Part shown: positions 12,100 to 25,504 of the stretch, in pieces | Layout: the number at the start of each line of letters is the position of its first letter | Numbering within the stretch: the stretch's first letter is position 1 | Assembly (NCBI GenBank): GCA_964016885.1 | Contig: OZ024746.1 | Span: forward strand, 33,480,001-33,544,000 | DNA length: 64,000 nucleotides | DNA from: Eledone cirrhosa | Taxonomy: Eukaryota | Direction: 5' to 3' | Made by a program: the position numbers and the translations under genes | Notes under the pieces: generated by a model | What the model was told of the DNA's origin: nothing | Databases searched by the model: none | What the model saw: only the letters and a program-made list of their open reading frames with translations

Positions 12100-13930
12100 A
12101 TTCATGTTCTGCATTAACTTAATTTCTATGTTGAGACATGTTTACGTTAACTTAACGTAGACATTTGTCAACGTAGACATGTTCAGATCCATTCGGCAGC
12201 TGACCCTTACAAGAGGCTAAGATTTTGGTTCACTGTCGGTAAGAGTTATGTCTGTTATTTTGTGTTTCGGATTGTTACATTTTATTAAAATGTTCCACCA
12301 GTATTTCTTACTTTTAAATATTGATATATTCTGGTTCTGGTGTGCTTTTGACACATCTATCAATGCCTCACTTCCTTCGGATAGCATTATAAATTATAAT
12401 CATTCTTAAGACATACGAATATTGTTGGATATTTGCTCGCGGCATGCCACAATCAATGTTTTCGAACAAAACATTATGTGTATATCATGATATTCGTCTT
12501 AATTAGTAGATATATATTAGTTATATCTTGTTGAAAATTAGAATGCAGTAGATTCATTAAAAAGTAATGCTTCCGAAAATGCTTTCAATAACATATAATT
12601 GAGGTGGTGGTATATGTGGTCATACGTTATTTCTGCTGGAACGATGAGTGTTTCTCTTCCTAACATCAGTTTAAATAAGTTATGCAACGAATCCTTGAGT
12701 CACAGGTACTATTTAAATGTCTACACATATAATCTCAACTCGCTGTTATGTTCACAGCACAGTAAGTGATTTTCCCATTTCGTTCTTTTCTCTTCGGCAG
12801 AGGGTTATGAGGCAACATTCATAAACCTTTTGGAATGTCGTTATGCATCTTCTGCTATCGCTGTTTATCATAGAGACTCTCAGTTTAACCTTTACTACCA
12901 GCTGTGGATATTATATACCCTGGTAATTAAGTTCTCCTTTTATCAATATGGACAGTTTCGTCCTGTATCCAGTGTACTTAAATACAAATCGCAGCGCTGA
13001 CACAACACAAGGTCATATTGATTGTGGAAAGTTCAATATGAACTGATTCTTAAAACTGTTGAGACATTCCATGGTTACTCTGGTTTTGCACACAATATTT
13101 CCTTATACAGCATTCCTATCAATTTCATGATTAACTATTGGAGTTAATAGAGAACAAGATGGCACCGATATTCATTGACATTGTCTAGTCGATTATATTC
13201 CCCAACGTATTACCAAATATGATTACTTGTGCAGAACAGATTCCCATTCTGTATCCCATCAGAATGCTATTAGCTCTAACTAACTCTAACCACCTTGTGC
13301 AGATATTAATACAACATTACATGAATACAGCTTACTGTCATCGATCAAATGCGTATGGACATCATTATATATTATCTTATCTGCAGAGTGTAGCTAGCAT
13401 GTATCCTTGAACTTGCCCCCATAGTTTTGTCAAAAGGTTCTTTGTCAGCAGAAATAACATTACTGACAATCTGTTAGCATGGAATATTAATATCGATAAT
13501 CCAATGTTGCTTCTATCTATGTGTGTTTAGGATACAGCTGTGTAGACTATGTAACAGCTACTTATAATAATAAACGACTTTGAAGTTGTTTCTCGTAGAT
13601 GGTATTTTATTCGTCCATTTAGAAACAAACATCTTAATTATGTCAGTACTATGGTAGAGACGTTTCTTCAACAGCTTTTCACTTACCTATCCTGCCTTCT
13701 TCCATCTTAATTGTTCTTCTCAGAACAGGGAGGAGGTTTTACAATCTCGATGATTTTACTTTCCATAGTGGATTTTCTGCAAATTTACACTTAATAAGCT
13801 TACGTTCTGGTAATTCCATATTACAAGTCATTTTACATACCATAGTACCTAACTAGTTGAACCTTCTTGGCAGCATCAGCATACAGTTGACAACTTTTTC
13901 ATTGAACAGTCTAACTTCCAACAGCTGTCG
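12100..13930 (-). mobile_element. Probable ancient LINE relic
   Basis: Higher-complexity sequence without a long ORF; gtatgctgatgct (YADA-like) on the minus strand near 13875. Boundaries approximate. Confidence 0.25.
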
Positions 13931-13993
13931 AACAAATATTGCATCACAATCCAGTAAAACATGTACACACACACATATATATATACATCAGTT

Positions 13994-14157
<164 letters not shown>

Positions 14158-17100
14158 ATAAGTATGTGTAACAGCCGTACTAAGAGTGAGAAATGAAATT
14201 TCGTTTCATTTTTTCCATTTATATATAAATAACCCTGCCTGAATGACATTTATATTCACTAAAGTAATTTATGAATTTGTCTCTAAATATCAAATTTGTA
14301 AAATACCTAGTATCGTCTGTTGCATTCAGCTAATAATTACGACATACTCTTCACTGACAGCGTCAGCTTTCATAACAACTAATCGATGCAAATTATCACA
14401 AAACGAGAGAGGATTATATCGTATCTAGACAGCTATCTTTCAAATTCCCAAACCAGTTACATATTTTGATATGATACACTCATATACACATACACACACA
14501 CATGTATATATATATATATATATGTATATATGCATGTGCTTGTGTGTGTGTGGAGATGTAAATGTTTATTCGTAAAATACAAGGCAACATCTAAAGAATA
14601 TACAGTGCAACGTTATTATTAGTTTCACAAAATTGTATTCACATCTCTCAATGGCGCTCTCTACTTTAACAGAAAATAACTCAATTGATTTACTAACTAT
14701 AACAAAGGTGAACGATGTTATTGACAGTCTTTTAATTTTAACACCAAAATAATTATGTGAATGAATAAAGTATATTTGTCCAGAGGTTGCGTTTATTCCA
14801 TCGACGGATTACTTCCCAAAATTATATAATCTATAGAGAGCGTGTTAACAATTTTGTTTTTTAGATATCTTTATAGTCATTTTGTGTTTTCTAAAATTTT
14901 AATTGTCTGGGATATATAGTTGAAGCACACATAAATGTTTATAGGACTGGTTATTAGACAATGATAATCAAACATTCAAGGGTCTGTCAAATTTCCAGTG
15001 TTTACTTGACGGTGAACATGTTTGGTCATCGTTTGTCAGAAACGTGATGTCTCAACTCGTCAAACCAATATGAAAGGAGTGATTGACATGAAGCTCCTCA
15101 AACGCCCCCAAGACTCAATCAGTTCAGCAATGCAGTCAGTAGAATTTACACTTTGGCGTTCTATAGAGAATTATGGGAAAAGCGACACGGTCTGGAGTAG
15201 AATGTGGGCATCGAGGGAATCGAATGACTATTATACCAGGGGTCCTTTCGTCCAGAGTAGTTACTGTTTTCTACATCACTATTTAATTTTCTTACTTTCT
15301 GCCGTGGAGGCTTTGATATTGTGCTACAATTAAATATCCTTCACTTCTCACTTTTGGTCCAGTGCTTCATGGCCAGCTTCGTGAAATTTGCTTGTCCAAT
15401 TCTCTGGAGAATTGACCATGTAGGGTTATTCCTCCCATTAATACATGATATTCTATGATATTTTCCTTTATTGATATAGATTTGTTGGTTCGTAATTGGT
15501 TTTTACAATCATATGATTTTTTCCCCACATGCATTGCTCTCCTGGAACCGGATTGTTAAATATTCCATATAACTGGTTAGTTTTTGCGATATCATTTCAC
15601 GTAAAGTCTTAGTTGTATGAAATAATGTCATGGGTCTGTAGTTTGGGGGGATAGCGGTGCCATTATTCACGGGATAATGATGGTTTTCCTCTTATTGTGC
15701 CGAATATATGTCATTTCTGGCTCCGTCAAGCATTGTTGTGAGTACACAATTTATCCCTGTTAAATATTTAAGAAGGTTGGGATTGTATCTTATATTGGTG
15801 CCTTCCAGTAGTTTGCTTTTCCCAGTCTGTATTTGTTTTTCTTAAGGCTGTCCATAATCATCCTAAGAACTCATCAACCTCTTTAAATTTGAGGCTACAA
15901 TTGTCTCTCTTGTGCTTCTACAAATTCTTTAGTAGAATCCTTTTGGTTTCGAGTAGAATTCCTGGTTTTATTAAAAAAACATCTTTTGGCGTTGTTCATG
16001 TCTCCATATTCTTTATGTCTAGCCAGGTATGTGTTGTTTTAGACATTTCTTAGTTTCCCTTTCTGTTATATTATATATATTTTTAAATATTTATATTTTC
16101 TTCCTATTTTCTAGTTCTGTTGTTTTCTTTCCTAGTTAATTTTAAACTGAAATGTCCTGTATTGTATTTTTACCCTCTTCTAATCTTTGATTTCCATATT
16201 TGTGTGATTGTTTCTAATTTGGTTTCTTTAGATCTAAGGCGGTATCAACTTTTTTTGTAACAACAGTGGCTGCTGCGTATATTATGTTATTTAGACTTAT
16301 GTCCCTATGTTTGTTAATAAAGTTTATGATGGTCAGGTTAGTGTCTTTTACAACTGTTATTTTTACAACTGATTTTCATTCTTTGGGAGGTGTATACATT
16401 CGTTCGTACGATGTCCTATTATTTGAAATCTTTAGATTATATGCATCTTATTCTTATCGTGGTATTGAATTCCATTTTCAGGGATTTATTACCTAGATCT
16501 TACTCCACGTTAGTATTTTGGACTGTGTTCTCCTGAATCAGTTTTTGTTGGTTAGGGTTTGGACGCGTTTTGTTGTTTGCATTCTCTGCTTTGAATACGT
16601 TCGTTCTAACTTCATGTATAAAATTTAAATATATTTATGCTCGTTAGTTGTTATTTGTGTTTTCGTAGAGCATTCGGTTTCTTAGATGCTCTTTTTTATT
16701 TTCTGATATTATTTTTTGTTTTAATATGTATCTTCTTTGCTAGATGGTTGGGGAAGAATATGGTTGTGGGTGATTTTTGTCTTTGACTTTATATGTGTAT
16801 GTACACTGGTATATTTTATTTCCTGCATTACCGTGAAATAGGCAAATAGAAGAGAATCATGTTCCTCTAGTAACCATTTATGACGTTTCGATGTACTGTT
16901 CATGATATTTGAGTTGTAAAGTGCGAGCCTTCATTTAGAATGTCAATATGTTTCTCGAGTACAGTTTTGCACGCATAGTTCTGCGTATTTTTCTTACATT
17001 CAAAGTGCATACTTCCGTACTTTATTCGCTTATTCGGAATTATACGGTGTTTCATTTGAAGAGGTTTAATGTTTTTGTGTTTGTCTCTGATTGCTTTGTC

Positions 17101-17589
17101 ATTTTATCTATTCTTTCGTTACGTATATGTTTTTCATAATATGAAAATTGTTATATACTAAAAATCAAGAGAGTTTATGAATGTTACTTACATGCATCGA
17201 ATTTCGAGGTTGTTTTTATATTTTACCTTTGGATTTGTTAGTTAGTTTAACGCGTGCTGTGGCTATTTTTCAATAGTTTGATACGTTCGCATGTATTTTC
17301 AACGTCAACAATGGAATTTATATATTAGATACACACCATACAATATATACATTTTTGGTAAGGTTTGTTTGGCTCTTATGTAGTAATTTCGTCTTCGATT
17401 TCTGTTTAGATCCACTTTTGTTTCGGCAATGTTAACGTATTACTTTCAAATCTTGCAGGGATATTGGTTATAGGTCTCCACGGTGTGATTCAGCTCGTAC
17501 CTTTTTTTTCAGTCAGAACCTTTATTATTAGAGCGTCAGACAATCTGTCTTGCAGTATAAAGTTACGACCCCTATTATTATCATTATTA

Positions 17590-17820
17590 AGGGAGATTGA
17601 TTGGTAATGTCAGTAGAGCGTCGGGCAATATGCTTATGGCATAGAGTTGCAGACCTTGACGTTCTGAGCTCAAATCCCACTGAGATCAGCTATGCCTTTC
17701 ATCCATGCGGTCTCGATAAAATAAAGCACCAGTAACGCACTGGAGTCAATTTCATTTACTTTCCCCTCCCATCAAATTTCAGGTCTTGTGCCTAAAATAG
17801 AAACTATTATCATTATTATT
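17590..17820 (+). mobile_element. tRNA-derived CORE-type SINE (older variant)
   Basis: gagctcaaatccc B-box-like motif; gcctttcatcc...cgataaaataaagcaccag core; ttgtgcctaaaatagaaac then (TTA)-like tail. Confidence 0.8.
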
Positions 17821-17824
17821 CGTG

Positions 17825-18019
17825 AGGGCGGTGGATTGGCAGTATCAATAGAGGCTCTGACGCCATGCTTTCCAGCATAGTTACGTCCCTTTACGATCTG
17901 AGTTCAAATCCCGCCGAGGTTGACTTTGCCTTTCATCCTTACGGGGTCGATAAAATAAAGTACCAGTATTGCACTGGGTAATTGCTAGCCTTGTGCCTAA
18001 AGTAGAAACAATTATTATT
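17825..18019 (+). mobile_element. tRNA-derived CORE-type SINE, full length
   Basis: B box GAGTTCAAATCCC; gcctttcatccttacggggtcgataaaataaagtaccag resembles the CORE domain; ATT tail; several near-identical copies in the window. Confidence 0.88.
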
Positions 18020-20635
18020 CGTGCTTTTCCTTTCCCTTCACTTTTGTTCCCATTTCTTGCCGAATGGCTTCCCATTATTTATGGCAGAGAAACTCACTAC
18101 ATAATTTGAGAGGTCACAAAAATAAACACACCAGATTGTTCACATCACGCACTTTACACAGTTACAAATATATAATTTGCTTCAAATTTGTGCACATTAT
18201 CTCTTTAAAATCATATTTATAACAGAATGCTATTCAACCACATAAGATTGCACGATTATTTACTACTTGCATAATTATGGACTCAAATAAAGTAGTTATG
18301 TACAAAATTGTGTACATATCTTTCTCGCAGCGATAGCCATCTTCTCAATACGTACCAGTTAAAACACATTTTGATCACATCTTGCAATGATCTTGCAGGG
18401 ATCATTCTAGAGTAATTTTCTGTTCCATTTGTGATCGTTTCTAGTCTACTACAATAACTGCTATTGTAACAACAACAACGGTGAACGTTTTAGTTAGTAT
18501 TAACTAAACAAATACTAATATTTAGGATATCAGTTTTCGGCCATCATACCTGCCTGCATCCTTCATATATGCATCAGAGGTAATTCCTGGAGGGAATTTA
18601 CATTCTTACAAAGTTGAAAGCCATTTTAGTGAGATAACAAAGACGGTCGTTTATAGCGGCACTTATATGTGACCACTAACCCTGCTAGAAATAACAGTCA
18701 AACCACTCATAATTCTGTTGTTGTTGTAATACAGGCTGTAATGTACATGTGATGCTGGGAATAGTGTTCAATCGATTCTCTAATGTACAGGTGGAGCTGA
18801 TATTAGTGTTACGTAGAGGCTGTTCTAAAATATATTGCAGTACTTCCTGAATGTCGGCAAAGTGAGATGGAAAAGGTTGGACACTATCAAGACCCTTGAC
18901 ATCCTGTGTAGAAAACAACTCATACTATTTTTAAGTAATTCCTATCGTGTCTGTTATAAGTCTTTTGCACCTTTCTAAAAGATGTTCAAACTTCTGAACC
19001 AGCACAGTGTTCCAGTTGGAATTCTTGCTTCTAATACAGAGTCAACAGGCCTCCTAGATAACATATGTCTTTAAAGTTCTCCCCAAATTATATAGCTTTG
19101 ATATTTTCTCTGCTGGAGATCTCTATATACGTTTGTAATATAATGATTTGAAACTTGAAAAGGTACAGTTAGAATCTCAAAATTAAAATGATTGTACAGG
19201 CCAAATGAAAATATATTTCATCAGGTTCATATATAGAAAACATTATGTACATTAAGTATCATGTAATTCTTTTCAATTTAAAAAATTGACAGAAACTATG
19301 CCTTGAAATATTTCATGGCTACAGGATTATCTAAATAAACCTTAATTGGTAACTGGAACGTTTAGCAACGCTTAGGGCTAAGGCACAGGAAGTAGTGGAG
19401 GAGGACAGATGTTCTGTGACTCTAGTACTGTAGATTTGGATTACGAGATAAACGCTATCATAACATTGTATTAGACCCAACATCTATGTGGTAATGCAAG
19501 ATATGAAAAAAAATCCAGTGGATGTTTTGAATACATTTTTTGACACAAAGGGAAATAAACGATCAAAGAAACAGCAGCGAGCATGAGACTCACAATAGAA
19601 CAGAAATTAATAACATATGCCATTTCTCTAACGCTCCATGGAAATAGAGCATCTCAATTATTGCATGGCGCTTGGCTTTCGTTATGTTAACATTAGACTG
19701 TGTCGTTATAACATCAGGACATTTAGAAGCAAATATATTCTCTATCTTTTATTGCAGAATAACTCAATATATAGAAGTTATTCTTTGAATATTTTAAGTA
19801 CCCAATTGCCGAACTGCGTCGACAGTTGTTAATTTACCATTTTCCCATACATAATGCAAACGTCGATTTGTACCTCCATCTTCAACTCAACTTCTCAATT
19901 TGTTTTTTTTCCATTGCATCAACGACATCTCTTTCTCACTCTTTCTCTTTATCTCCCAAACACACATATAGATAAGCAAATACAACACACGCGTTTATAT
20001 ATATATATATATAATTATATTTATATATATATATAAACGCGTGTGTGAGTTTACATACCTATGTATATATTTTGTGTAAATATGTACGTGCTTTTGTGTG
20101 TAATTATTTGTATATGTGTGTCCCTTATAACTCCGTATTCATCTTTCCTATTCTCCATCTGTCTATTTCACTGTTTACCGACATCAGCATTTCTCTTCTA
20201 TGGGAAGCACGTTCTACTTTGATAATCTACGTGACGTGGACAATAATGATTCGTTTTAAAGTCTTTCTATATATCATAATACGAAGCTATGCATGGGTTT
20301 TGGTTTTAGCGTCGTTTGCTTATATTGTGCTGGAGAGGTTGCTCGATGTTTTCTTTGTGTAATCTTATTTGTAATCTCCTGATCGTCATATTTATTAGTT
20401 GTACACTGTTGTTTGCGGTAGCTCAATATTTAAAATCCTGGAAGCCGGACAATGTTTCGAATTTATTTACAAAATTGAGACCGTTTTATTGCAGCGACAA
20501 CAGCCGTTAAAATTATGACAGTCATACTATCTGATATACCTGTTAGTTGCGTTGTTTGATATCAAGAAGCATTAGATATTTCTCTTGATGCTGTTAGTGT
20601 CGTCTAAACATTAAAATGAAATGAATTTTGCTTGC

Positions 20636-20707
20636 ACATGCATGTGAAAGCCCGCAGGATATTTTTAATTATAATTAAAAATATCCTGCGGGCTTTCACA
20701 TGCATGT
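20636..20707. repeat. Perfect 72-bp spacerless palindrome
   Basis: acatgcatgtgaaagcccgcaggatatttttaatta | taattaaaaatatcctgcgggctttcacatgcatgt. Confidence 0.95.
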
Positions 20708-21099
20708 TTATTTCTCACTCTGACATGCCATAATTTATCATGTTGGACAGAAGGTCAGACTGTTTGTCGTGATGGCAGTGGTTGTCACCTAAGTATCAAC
20801 GGTGAGTTATCTGAGAAGAATGCCACTTATTAGAGACTCGATTATATACCACTGACAGATACTTACCGTCAAGTTGAAAAACATACACCAACTGGTGTTA
20901 TGTAGTAGAGAGGTGTTGTATGCTAAACACTATTTGCTGTAGTTAAGAACACTTTTTTATGAATAAGGAAAAGAAAAGGAAGTCGACCAATAAGATTCCA
21001 GACATTATTTGGTTACCGCGTGCGGTGGACCTCGTCATATCGGAATATTGTTTCAACTAGTCTTACCATTGCTGATACTATCTCCTGTTCGAAACAACT

Positions 21100-21220
21100 G
21101 GCAAAATGAGCAACGTGGAATTAAATGTCTCGTTCAAGGACATAGCACATCCCTGAGACTGGGAATCGAACTAGAAAATATATGATTGCAAATCCGATTC
21201 TCTAAACACTAAGCCACATG
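21100..21220 (-). mobile_element. Degenerate tRNA-derived SINE head (second family)
   Basis: The minus strand reads catgtggcttagtg...agttcgattccc...tgtccttgaacgagaca: A box, B box and a body motif shared with 57917-58173. Confidence 0.6.
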
Positions 21221-22319
21221 TGTAGTAAAAAAAGTAGAACTTCTAGATTTCTGCACCCAGCACCATTTTATCCGATGTGTTGGTCTTTGATAGGAAGGTA
21301 AGAAGATATTTCTAGTGAGAGGAGATTGATAGAATTCTGCCATGGGAATGTATATGTTGCAGGAATGATTTTAGATATAGTATATTTGTTGTTTATGTGT
21401 GATATCCGCGCTAGAATCCTCCACTTCCAACTAACTTACACTCCGCTTCTTGGTCACTGATTATGACAAGAGAGAGACGGTAGAACAGCTACTCCATCGA
21501 AAATGTGAGCAGCCAACACCACTCCGATAGCAGTGAGTAGGGGAAAAGAACGCTGGATATCTCCACTGTAACAATCTCTATTGTTTATTTTTAGATTTGC
21601 TCTGACTTATCAGATCTATCATCGTAATTATTCAAGCCACAAACGTCATGCCACTTTACGCAACATAATATATCCGAAGCTAGGTTACACTGGATACGCA
21701 CGTCAGAGTTCTCTATGAAATTTGTTGAGAGTGTTTCGACTGGTATTTTCGGAACAATCTAGAGGACTATTTCAAGCAGATCTAGGAAAAACATAGATGC
21801 ATATTTGGCTACCCCTTGTTAAAATTCATTGATTTTGTTATTGTTGAAAGTGATTGTTCTTTAAGGCAAAATGATGTAGGGATTTCGAAGGAGTTAGTAA
21901 ATTTGTAGATGATTTTGCTGTTGCAGCAGTATTGTTGATGGTGTTGAAAATAGAAACAATGATAATGGCGAGGGCAGTGGTGTTCATTATAATGCGAATT
22001 AAAATAATTATAACGAAGGTGAAATGTATGTATGCGGAGGAGTACGCTGACTACGAAGCAGATTGGTATCATGATGACGATAATGTTGACGATAATGATG
22101 ATGAGGATGATGGTGATGCTACTGATGCTGCTGATGATGATGATAATGAAATGTATATTTAATTGACTTGATGGTCACCATTATGATTCAAATGAAGATG
22201 GCAGTGATTCCAAGACACATTTCTGTTTGGAAAAAAATAGGCGAATTAAGCATTGAGGATAAAGGTCTTGACGATAAGGGTGGAGATGGAGCTGCTAGGG
22301 ATATAAATGCGATACCAAT

Positions 22320-22438
22320 GATAATTGTTTCTACTTTTGACACAAGGCTAGCAATTACCCAATGCATTACTGGTACTTTATTTTATAGACCCCGGAAGGA
22401 TGAAAGGCAAAGTTAACCTCGGCGGGATTTGAACTCAG
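22320..22438 (-). mobile_element. CORE-type SINE, 5'-truncated
   Basis: Reverse complement of the 3' part of 17825-18019. Confidence 0.85.
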
Positions 22439-23387
22439 GATGGTAATTAAGTTAATAAATGTTATATCAATGACGATGAGTATTAGTTTGCCTACCACAA
22501 CATGTTCGTGGTGATAGAGAACGCATTAAGGAAGATGGTATATCATATTAACATGTCTAAATTCTAAAGCCTCTTTCGAGCGCTGATGCACATCATGCCA
22601 GTGCTTTTATTGTTTTCCCTGGTGTAAAAGTGTTTGAAAATACAAGACCTACCCCTTGACATGACGCTTGTTCATAGCAGTGTTAAACACGCAGCTAGAG
22701 CTCTGTATACTTAAGCAACGTGAAATAAAGAGTTATATTGATCAAGAATACAATATTCAACCCAGTTCAGGAGTCGAACACTCTTAAAATTAGGCCACGC
22801 GCTTCCACACCATATTACAATATACATGAGCAAAATAGTCTCTTTGACTTCAAGGCCTATTCTATTAGACGTGAAATATTACTGGTTGTAGAGAAGCTAG
22901 TAGGTATGATTATTATGGCTTTTACATTAAGGTCCAAATGTCTGATTATATTTATCCAAAGTCGTTTAGAGTGAGAGTATTGCACAGATCAAGAAACTAT
23001 ATGCTGTATGTGTTCTCCGAATAATTATAACATTTATGTATATTATATAGATATGTATATTATATAGATATCTATATAATATAATATGTCTATATAATAT
23101 AATATGTCTAAATATATATAATATATGTATATATATATACAGATTAGAGCGCTCTAACTCAAAATTATTTTTGAAAAGCATTAGAAATGCGCAACCGGTA
23201 AACACTTAAAACCAAAACTGAATACTAACCAATACTTATTACTAACTTTTAATTATTCATAATTAAACTATTTTTCACTGGAAACAATTTGTCAGCATTT
23301 TGTTTTCCTTTTACCAATATATCACAACCCGTGTGTTACACCTCTATTCTTTTAAATATATATATATATATATATATATATCTATAT

Positions 23388-23503
23388 CCAGTGAGTCGGG
23401 TAGGATCGATATAGATCGAACCTTGAGCTGATCAGTGGCGAAACGCGCGTCACCTATCAATAAATGCAATGAAGGAATAATCAATCGTCCTTTTTATCCT
23501 TTC
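23388..23503 (+). mobile_element. Short (TA)n-embedded Penelope-like terminal remnant with a degenerate hammerhead motif
   Basis: tgatcagtggc GAAAC GCGC GTC acctatc aataaa, lying between two (TA)n tracts. Confidence 0.5.
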
Positions 23504-23808
<305 letters not shown>

Positions 23809-23875
23809 TGTGTGTATGTATATGTATCTATGTATGTATATATATACATATATACACACATAGATACATATAGAT

Positions 23876-23936
<61 letters not shown>

Positions 23937-24188
23937 ATATATCAAATTAGTATTAGATGCTTCGACGTTTACTGTTTAACGAGTTAGAAATATCCAATTA
24001 TGTGAAAGGTGTAGTTTGTATCGACAGTGATTCATTCATTCGTTTTCCATTTCTAGTTAGTTTCAGTCCTCAGTTTTTACACAAGGCTGTGCTGAACATT
24101 TGATTAGGAAAGTGGACAATAAACTCGCTCACATAAATACATAGAAACCCATCTCTAATATATCATATTATATACACACACAAATACG

Positions 24189-24219
<31 letters not shown>

Positions 24220-24291
24220 GCACACCTATATACATATATATATATATATGTTCGTATGCATGCCTGCATTAAGGGAGCATATGAGTATATA

Positions 24292-24378
<87 letters not shown>

Positions 24379-25091
24379 AGATTTGAATGGATACAGTTTA
24401 GTTGAACGGAATTTATTGACACGTGTTTCTATAACAGTTACATAACCTAAAACAGCTATCTACAAACTTTTAGTTATGCAGACATTCAATATTTCAATGT
24501 TATTATTTACTGTCATTTCATCAGAATAATATTACTGAGGACCTATTTAGTTTTTATAGAGAATATTAGGAGGGAGGGGTGAAGTTGTTAGAAGAATAGT
24601 TGAAGGAGTGGTTTTTCGATAGCAGTGAGAATTCTTGGTGGCAGTGAGATTCCCATCTGTTGTTTTGACATTTTTTATAGAATATATTATTGGTTATTTT
24701 TCTAAATCTATAGAAGGATTAGAGATAGTGAAGATATGCGTGGTTGGTTTTGTGTTTGCACTTAATTAACATTCAGACTTAAATTTTTCTTTCAAGTGTA
24801 CGTATCCTTTCACCCACGCATTCACACACAAATATATTTGCACACCTCTACAAAATACATATACACACAATTCACATATTCATACTTACATATATATACA
24901 CATGCATACACATATATATACACACATGTATTCATGTACATACATACGCGCTCATGTGTATACATTTTCATACTCAACTTATCTTTATATACACACGTAT
25001 AGACACACACATATATACATACATACTCTAGTCCATGTGTACACACATACACATACATACACATCCATATACACATATATACATACATATT

Positions 25092-25162
<71 letters not shown>

Positions 25163-25244
25163 AAAGGGAGGGAGGGAGAGAGTGATAGAGAGATAGCGAG
25201 AGAGAGAGCTTGACAGAGCGAGAGAGTGAGAAAGAGAGAGATTC

Positions 25245-25395
25245 AATCGGGAATTACTTATCGATACGGATAGAGCTCGGCCGCCGGGCTCCCAATCTTT
25301 CCCATGTAGCCCATATAGCCACAACCCACTATCCCACGTATGGAGTACTCTGTTGAATAATGATCTTTATAGTTTAATTCAGGTAAAATCCTGAT
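25245..25395 (+). mobile_element. Diverged member of the 1136/48723 family
   Basis: tcgatacggatagagctcggccgccgggctcc and ccactatcccacgtatggagtact match both family motifs in the same order. Confidence 0.55.
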
Positions 25396-25451
25396 ACACA
25401 CACATACATATATATATATATTTATACATAAATATATATACATCTATATAT

Positions 25452-25501
<50 letters not shown>

Positions 25502-25504
<3 letters not shown>

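Noticed and set aside
17825-17920. tRNA gene
   Set aside because: Only A/B-box-like motifs within a SINE head; no cloverleaf can be built.
21932-22162. Asp-rich acidic ORF
   Set aside because: Degenerate (GAT)n repeat with no splice or domain support.
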